The translations under genes were made by a program, and so were the position numbers. The notes beneath the pieces are model-generated. The model searched no databases. It saw only the letters and a program-made list of their open reading frames with translations, and was not told the DNA's origin. A stretch of DNA of 64,000 bases from Laetmonice hystrix (taxonomy: Eukaryota): NCBI GenBank assembly GCA_965235115.1, contig OZ249436.1:18230001-18294000 (forward strand). Direction: 5' to 3'. Shown in pieces: positions 56,670 through 64,000 of this stretch. Within the stretch, counting starts at the first letter, position 1, and each line of letters opens with the position of its first letter.

Positions 56670-59600
56670 TCAGCTTCCCTCTTCGTTGAAGATCTTTGGA
56701 TGTTTGTCCCAGCACTTCCGCTGTCCATCACATTTGGTGTATATAAACCCACAGTTGTTCGACATCCTAGGCCGACAACGGTACTGCACCACAAGCTCGT
56801 GCGAGTGTCCGTTCATTTCGTTCGTCGTCACCTTCAGCCGAGTTCTCTTGTCCGCTTTTAGATGCTTGACATCTTCTGCCTCGAGTTCAACTTCGTGAGT
56901 GTGGACGCCGACATCGGGTAGGGCTGAGGGAGCCATCATCAGGAAGAGTTTGGTCTCTCTGCCCCCCTGTCCGGACGTGACGTTCTCCCTGAACATGTGC
57001 CAGTATCTGGTTGGCTCCAACACGATATCCTTCAGTGCTTCCAGTTCCTTCCAGGCGGCGCTGCCCTCACCATAAATAGGCATGATGGGATAGCGCAGGC
57101 GAATCCTACCACTGATGCCAAGTATTTCAGGAAGAAAGATGCGAGGACCAGATGCTGTGACGTTTCTGCGGGCGTTGTTGCTGTCCAGGACCTGGACGAC
57201 GGCCCGACTGCCTGTGTCTGCCGCGTCCCGTTCCGACCGGCCCTTGGCGAAGAATTCGGCGGGCGTCCTGAAGTAAACCCGGCTGTTGGAGCCATTGAAT
57301 GCGGTAGACAGCCCTGCAGTACCGTCGCGGCCACCTTCCGTCACAGTTCGGCCTAGTGTGGACTTCGCCTCCCCCTTGTACGTGATATTGTACGGATTCC
57401 AGTTGAAGAGGGGCGTCATGTATATTATCTCCAGAGGTACGGCGTAAGTCCATCGCTGCTCTACCGAAGAGCAGACTCGTCTTTTGCATCTCTGGTGCCG
57501 TAGCGGCGCGATCTGCGGTTGGGATGTCATTGCCATGAAGATGGAGTCGTCTGAATACCCGCGCTGACGTAGCTGGGACCCCATGGCGCCCCTCCTCTTG
57601 ACCCGGAAATACCGGTGGTAGTACCCCGCGTTGATTGGGCCGCTCTGATCGACTTTGTACGCTGGCTCGCCAAACAGGTCGTCTGTGAGGTCGGCCCTAT
57701 AGTTGTCCTTGCCCGGGACCTGCTCCATGAGTTTGTCAAGTAGACCTCTTCTGCTGGTGCCCTCCGTGTAACGGCTCCTATCCTGCAGATTCAGCTGGAA
57801 CCTCGCAGCCCGGGACTTGGCATGCTCGGCAAGCGTCCGTCCATAAGCCATCCTCGATTTGACGTCATCGACCAGACGAAGCCGGTCTAGAGGCAAGTCG
57901 CCTTTAAGTGGGTGGCACATTATCCTGTAGTTCCACTGGGCCATGACAGGAACTCCATTAGTTATGTTTGTTATGCCAGTGGGGAGATATGCATAGTTCT
58001 CATTGTTGTCCTTGCGGCCAGAATAAGAAGTGAACCGAATGTTCTCTTGCAGTTCAAACCATGTCTGAGCATCGAGAAAATGGCGGTCACTATCAAATGA
58101 CTCGTCCAGTGAGTCCGTGGACGTCGTCCACCCGCCCTCAAGGTAACACAGTACTGGTTTGAAATACGGTTTATAATTTCGCGTCGAAGAGTCCTGATTC
58201 TGCCAAGCTTTGAACCACTGCCGCATCTCTATAATCTGTTCCTGGACGGAACGTTTCCGGTGTACCGCCGGTGGGACAGCGGGGAAGGGGATAAATTCGT
58301 CCGCGTTGTACTCCCGGGACGACCGACTTGGTCTCCTCAGCTGGTAATCGTTGTGGCGGGTGCGAAACTCGACGCCGTTAAGGACAGCGGAGAATTCTCC
58401 CATTCCTAACGTCCGAATATTGTTGGCGTGGTCGTGAATGGACGCCAGGCTGCTGCTGGCGTGGGACGGCGAGTGATACGGCCGACTGCCGTCATTGCTC
58501 ACCCGGACTTGTTTCAGGCCCGAGTGTCCATCGGAACGAGCCTGCTCCTCTCTGTACAGCTGTTGTTGAAGCAGCTGTCGTGACAGCTGCTCAATCACGG
58601 CTATCTGATTTTGGCAGAACCCCGCTGTCGCGAAGAGCAAGAAGATCAATCCAAATATCCTGCGAGAACAAAGAATTTTAATGATATTAGGCGACAAAAC
58701 TATTTCAAAGACAGCATGAAAAGCAGGAAAAGGGGCCGTTATTATTGGTAATCGCACAGTTTATAGACCTACTGTCATTTTGATCAGACTGAAGTCCTAC
58801 AATGACTTGGATAGGCCTATAGCTGAGCCAATCGAGAATTTCCACTAAGAATATAGCCTACCTGGCATTTTAAAGAGACAAACCGTAAATCGAAACAAAA
58901 TGGGCAACTATTGGCCATTGTTATAGAACGAGTCTTATTGTATAGTTAAACAAAATATAATTTTCGCGCGCTTGTGTTTGATACTAAATACTACTAACTA
59001 AAGCCACTCAGGCTGGATCACACATAGCCGACCAGCCGACCAATGGTTTCAGCCGACGCTGCACCCGTCGATGCACAGAAAATCTCAGCGGGCAAAAACT
59101 ACTCAAATATTCGTCAATCTGAGTAGTTTTGCCTACTCAATCTGAGTACCTCAAAAGGAGTAGTTTTGGGTACTCAAATCTTCCTGTCTGACGAAGGAAA
59201 ACTCGTCAATTCGTCAAAAATTCGTCAGAAACTCGTCATCATTTGTAAAGGTGTTATAATTTCTTTTCTTTTCTGAACCAAGAGAACGCAGTCCAGTACT
59301 CTAAAGGGGGACTTCTATACCTGAAACAGAGGGCGTCATTTTCATGGATTACGTGTAAATACAAAGGAATTAAGCAAAATCAACTTTGAAGAAAAAAAAG
59401 AAATACAAAACATGTCTTTTTCAGATAGATTTTAATGTAGGCCTATTACAAAGGTCACATTCATTCAGTATCCAGTCACGATACCCACGAACGTAACTGA
59501 TAAGAAGTGAAATGGCCATGATGTTGTCTGGCCATTAATTTTCTTGGACGAATAAACCTTTCGTCTCAAGCCACGACAGGCCTCCCAGCCCATTCAAAGC

Positions 59601-61955
59601 AAACTGGAATCAAAGAAAAAATTATCCCTTGGAGGAATAAACCTTTTTGTCTCCTACCATGACAGACCTCCCAGCACAATTAAAGGAAAAACTTGATTAC
59701 AAAAGTAGGTACACAATTATCCTGGTTTCATTTTGAGGCTGCCTCGAGTTCATTGCAACCGATATTTAATCAGATATTTTCTATTATTTTCTATAATTTT
59801 ATATTTATAATCTATATCTATAAATCTATATTTAATTTTATATTTAATTATATACTTAATTCTATACTTAAGGTTCATATAATTAATTCCATAATTAATC
59901 TATAATTCTATATTCTATATTTAATTAATATTATATCTATATTTATTATATCTATATTTATATTATATTTATATTTAATTAATAAATCTTCTATTTCTAT
60001 TTCTATTCTTATTCTAATTCTAATTTCTAATTAATTTGTTGATCATCGTAAGGATCACACCTGGCTCGAACAGTGAAAACCAGATAATCAGATGCCGCTT
60101 GACCTACCTACACCACATCATACACGTAATACATGGTCCTCATGGTCGTGAATCGTGATGGCTCACTGTCACAAGGTTGCCTCATCATGAACGGGTATAA
60201 ATCAAAAATATCATCATATGTGATACGGTATTTCATCTTTCGTTAATATATCTATAGTCTGTTCGCTCTAAGAAGATCTCGACCTCGGCCTCATTAAAGC
60301 TCTGACCTGCCCCCCCCCCCCCCTCCCGTCTACCCACAGCTGGCGTATCACAAGTCATCACCGCCTGTCATTCAACAATATGACCAAATTCCACGTGGTT
60401 CTGTATTACTCCAAATGAAGTAATAGCTTTAATGAGGCCGAGGTCGAGCTCTTCTTAGAGTGAACAGACTATAGAGAGGTTCAACTATTTACCTCTCATG
60501 TAGATCGGCCTCCGAAGTTCGATCTCTCGGGTTCGGCCTGCTCTTCGCGACCTTATCATGCACGCTTTTGAAAATGTTCAAACTTCCGGTTAAAAGCGTA
60601 TTCCTTGTAACCCTTAAAATTCGTCAAAACCCTTTATAACGCCGAATTTACTTGCCTACTCAAGATGAGTACCTTCTGAGTACCCAAAACTACTCCTTGG
60701 ATTGAGTAGGCAAAACTACTCAGATTGACGAATATTTGAGTAGTTTTTGCCCTCTGAGATTTTCTGTGTGGCTGTCGCCTGACTCTCCCGACCGACCGAT
60801 GGTCAACCGATCCTCATTTACACTAAAAATTGGATTACATATAGCCTATTTTTCATTCGATTCGTCATCGGCTGGCCGTCGCTGATGTGTAATCAGGGAT
60901 CGGCTGAGAGTCGGTTAAGGATCGGTTCAGTGGTGAGCAAACCACTCATCAATTACATACACATCCGATTGCCAACCGATCTTACCGCCAATTGCTAACC
61001 GATCCTATACACCCGATTGCTAACCGATCCTAAAACCGACCAGACCTGGGCGTCATCTCAACAGGCGTGTTTCGTATGGATTACAAAAGACGGCGAACAG
61101 GTGGCTGCTTTTGGTGCTATTCGAGCTGCTGCTACACCCTTGGCAATTCGGGGTAAAGATCTTCTGCCAAAACAGCAGCAACATCTGATATAATATTATG
61201 GCTATTCAGTTTATTTGTTGTCGTTGAAAATATAAGGAAAGGTTTTGACAACACGTGGATGTCTCCTAAATTAAATTAAAGAACACCAATTTCCATCGAG
61301 AGAACTATTGAATATACATTATTTTATGACTTCATGTTTTGTTAGGCTTAGCCATATAGATCTCCCTACCCACTCTAATGAAGGTGTTCCACCAGGCCAG
61401 ATTTTGTAGCCGATGCGGCCCGATGTCACTCTGGGCATCGTTTTCTCGGCCAGATGCCATCCGATGCGTCCGATTTTCCCGGTGGAATTCCAGCTTAAAC
61501 TGGCTATACGTGATCCTAACCGACCGACCGACCGACCGACAAAATCAAAATAAATCGGTTGGGCAGCCGATTAGTCGCCGTCGGCTGAGCCAGCCGACGG
61601 TCAGCCGCAATACCTGATTACACAGCAGCGACGTCGGCAGGAGAATCGGCTGGGGCAGCTGACAGTCCGCCGATGGCGAATCGGATGGACAATCGGCTGT
61701 GTGTGATCCAGCCGACAAGACGTTTAAAGGCTATATTCCGTCCTAAAAGTGTGCTGTGTTTCCCGTGGTAAACTTTAGGTTATCATCGAACGACAATTAT
61801 AATAATATGCGTATACGCCCTTCAAACTCTACCTATATCTTGACGTGGTAACCCTACATTTTGACCATTTATTTGTAAGTGGTCCTCAGAATGTAACCTA
61901 CCGTCTCACTGACCATGTAGGCCTATATAGTAAAGGTCTCAACTCACCTCTTCAT
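56670..61955 (-). CDS. Secreted protein of unknown function, 665 aa, two coding exons
   Basis: Exon 1 61955-61948 (ATGAAGAG|gtgagt) and exon 2 58659-56670 (acceptor ttgttctcgcag) give the signal peptide MKRIFGLIFLLFATAGFCQ, then a 2-kb uninterrupted ORF with C-terminal HTHE/GHSHE/Cys motifs. Confidence 0.88.
59074..60768. mobile_element. CACTA/EnSpm-like element with 2-bp TSD, nested in the previous element
   Basis: TG|CACAGAAAATCTCAG ... CTGAGATTTTCTGTG|TG; TIR similarity over about 100 bp; AT-rich low-complexity core at 59760-60040. Confidence 0.8.
60251..60475. mobile_element. MITE with ~50-bp TIRs (third nesting level)
   Basis: TCTATAGTCTGTTCGCTCTAAGAAGATCTCGACCTCGGCCTCATTAAAGC and its reverse complement at about 60426-60475. 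Confidence 0.7.
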
Positions 61956-62696
61956 GTTGCCACCTGTCGGGCTGTCCACACAGAAGGAATGGTGACCGGA
62001 GGTGTGTGGCGTGTGCAGATATAGTAAGTTCACGGTACGTTGGTCCTGCACGAACCGTCAAACGGACTTCACCGTCGCATTCTGAGAAATCGTATCACGA
62101 TCTCATGATCATCATGACATCGATTCTGCTCACATCAGGAAGTGTAGTGCACATGACGGGGGGGGGGGGGGGTCGGAAGAATTGAGACGTACTATACATC
62201 GGCCATACGTTTGGTTTCGACATCGCAAAGGTGGTATGACGATGTCTGATACGACAGTAATATTATAATTGTCATTCTGTGATTGGTCTAATTGATCCAA
62301 TTAATGATGGACTTATATTGACTCTGGTATTTAGTTTTTTTTCAGTATCCTCGTACGGAATGGCCCTAATGTCCCAGAACTAGGCTGATACACTGAAGCG
62401 CGACGCTCGGCTACTTCGTCACGCCGCCCTGAATCTGTTTAACTGTGAATAGCCGTCAACTGTGAATAGCCGTCAACACCCCGCACGGACAGGGAAGGTT
62501 CTCAGGTTAATCAAGGTATGACATATGGATGCAGTGCAGGCATACATTGTAGGCCTACGTGGATAGACCATTTATTTCAATTCACTATAGGCCTACGCTG
62601 ATAAAATACCTTTACATGGACAATCACACATATACTTGGCCCTTTTAAATTTTCTCTCGGCATCCAACCCCCGATATTCCGATAGTTAATTAAGAA

Positions 62697-63722
62697 TCAA
62701 TTTAAAAGTGTTCTTTTTCCGCTCTGCGTAAGCAGGTCGTTCCGCATCCACAACACGATGTTGGGCCACATGTGGCAGTTGGCCATTTCAAGTTCCGGGA
62801 TCTGATTAACATGACGCAGAGCAACGGGCAGTGAGTAAGGGCGATATCTCCTTCCTCGCAAGAAAGCAAACATCCTTCGTACCAACTGCTCATCGGGAGA
62901 AGGATTGGTTCCGTTTCCGGGGCACAGGTGCGTGCTATGTGCCATACAAACGACCGGTATAGAAACTGCATCGAACAGCTTGTGTGCTTTCACAAACGCT
63001 CTTGTGACGTAGGCCCCAATGTCTATCCTGAGAATAGCGCCCTGAGATTTTATCACACCAAGAAGATCGTCCATGAGAACCGCTTTAGCAGAATCGCAGA
63101 CCTTAAGCCTACATATATTAAAATGCTGGAAAGGTGAGTTAGAGTCGTCCATCAAGACGATTGTGTCCATGACAACGTCCGCGCGACGCTCCGAGATCAG
63201 GTTGTTGACGACAGTGATGCTGCCCTCAGTTCCCGCCAAAATGGCGGCCTTCTGGAGTCTCCATATATGACTGATGACGGGCTCCACAGCGATAACCCGG
63301 TGCCCGTTGGCTGCCATGAACAAACTGTTGTGGCCAATGTACGCACCGATATCAACAAAGGTACTGTTCACAAATTTCTCCATGCAGGACTTGAGGAAGA
63401 GTGTCTGCCCAAGGTGTTTACTCATGTACTTGTCAAGCTTCGGTTCCACGGGCATAATAGCGGTGTCCCTGTACGTACAGATAGGTGTGGTGGGTGACAT
63501 TATGTCCGCTATGCAAGTTATATTGATGCTGTCCGGCAGAGAGCCACTCATATTGTACACGATCAATGGACTGAAGGTGGATAATTTTGGACAACTAGCT
63601 GTCTTTTCTTCCAGAGGAGCACGACGCCAGAATCTGGGCGGGCCGAGGGTAACTATCATCAGGAACGGCACGTACAGAATCAAAGTCACCAAGGACAGCC
63701 TCTCCCAATGGTTTTCCAACAT
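62697..63722 (-). CDS. FkbM-family (Methyltransf_21) SAM-dependent methyltransferase-like protein, type II membrane anchor, intronless CDS
   Basis: N-terminal hydrophobic anchor LSLVTLILYVPFLMIVTL; motifs FVDIGAYIGHNSL, RVIAVEP, ILRIDIG. ATG at 63722 follows a splice acceptor at 63731 (the ORF track start at 63728 is a GTG). Confidence 0.82.
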   Translation of the reverse strand: MLENHWERLSLVTLILYVPFLMIVTLGPPRFWRRAPLEEKTASCPKLSTFSPLIVYNMSGSLPDSINITCIADIMSPTTPICTYRDTAIMPVEPKLDKYMSKHLGQTLFLKSCMEKFVNSTFVDIGAYIGHNSLFMAANGHRVIAVEPVISHIWRLQKAAILAGTEGSITVVNNLISERRADVVMDTIVLMDDSNSPFQHFNICRLKVCDSAKAVLMDDLLGVIKSQGAILRIDIGAYVTRAFVKAHKLFDAVSIPVVCMAHSTHLCPGNGTNPSPDEQLVRRMFAFLRGRRYRPYSLPVALRHVNQIPELEMANCHMWPNIVLWMRNDLLTQSGKRTLLN

Positions 63723-64000
63723 GGCCACCTCTGGAAATAGAGATCACAGATAAAGTAACAGTTGAGATACACCCCCCTATATCAGAATGTTCAATGGTTG
63801 CCACATTAGCAACCACGATGGTGCAAATAGTTAGTCTGAGAAGAAAAAGAACCCACCGTATCTTCCTCAAAACTGTCAAACGGAGACAACACACAAGGAA
63901 CCTGCACCTTTGGCCAACAGATGACAACGCTGGCCGAGGTGTAGGGCCGGGCCTATACTCGTTGGTAAATTTCCACTCTTGCAGTATTCAATTGTAACCT

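Larger units (their letters stand above)
59011..61713. mobile_element. Harbinger-like element in the intron of the secreted-protein gene
   Basis: GGCTGGATCACACATAGCCGA ... TCGGCTGTGTGTGATCCAGCC; many CCGA subterminal repeats. Confidence 0.75.

Noticed and set aside
58660..58757. N-terminal extension MRLPIITAPF... of the 695-aa ORF
   Set aside because: Read-through into intron from a GTG; a good acceptor at 58660 and exon 61955-61948 give a clean signal peptide.

Overview
AT-rich, intron- and repeat-rich animal genomic DNA, probably a lophotrochozoan such as a mollusc (inferred from a Meta-type SINE fragment and Helentron/HINE elements). Genes read manually from splice sites: the 5' half of axonemal dynein intermediate chain DNAI1 (minus strand, running off the left edge) lies head-to-head with a complete FAM219 gene, with start codons only 205 bp apart. 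These are followed by a complete RIIAD1, a pair of duplicated small exons/ORFs of unknown function (50.3 and 51.1 kb, shared motifs FTxHPEWVSE and RNPITW), a two-exon secreted 665-aa protein of unknown function, and an FkbM-family methyltransferase-like gene. Most entries in the supplied ORF track are spurious. The rest of the window is packed with non-autonomous DNA transposons (Kolobok-, hAT-, Tc1/pogo-, Harbinger-, piggyBac-, CACTA-, Crypton- and Helentron-like), several nested, plus satellites. Short TA-x-TA insertions are widespread and look like excision footprints. All TE family assignments come from terminal sequence and TSD only; no searches were run.
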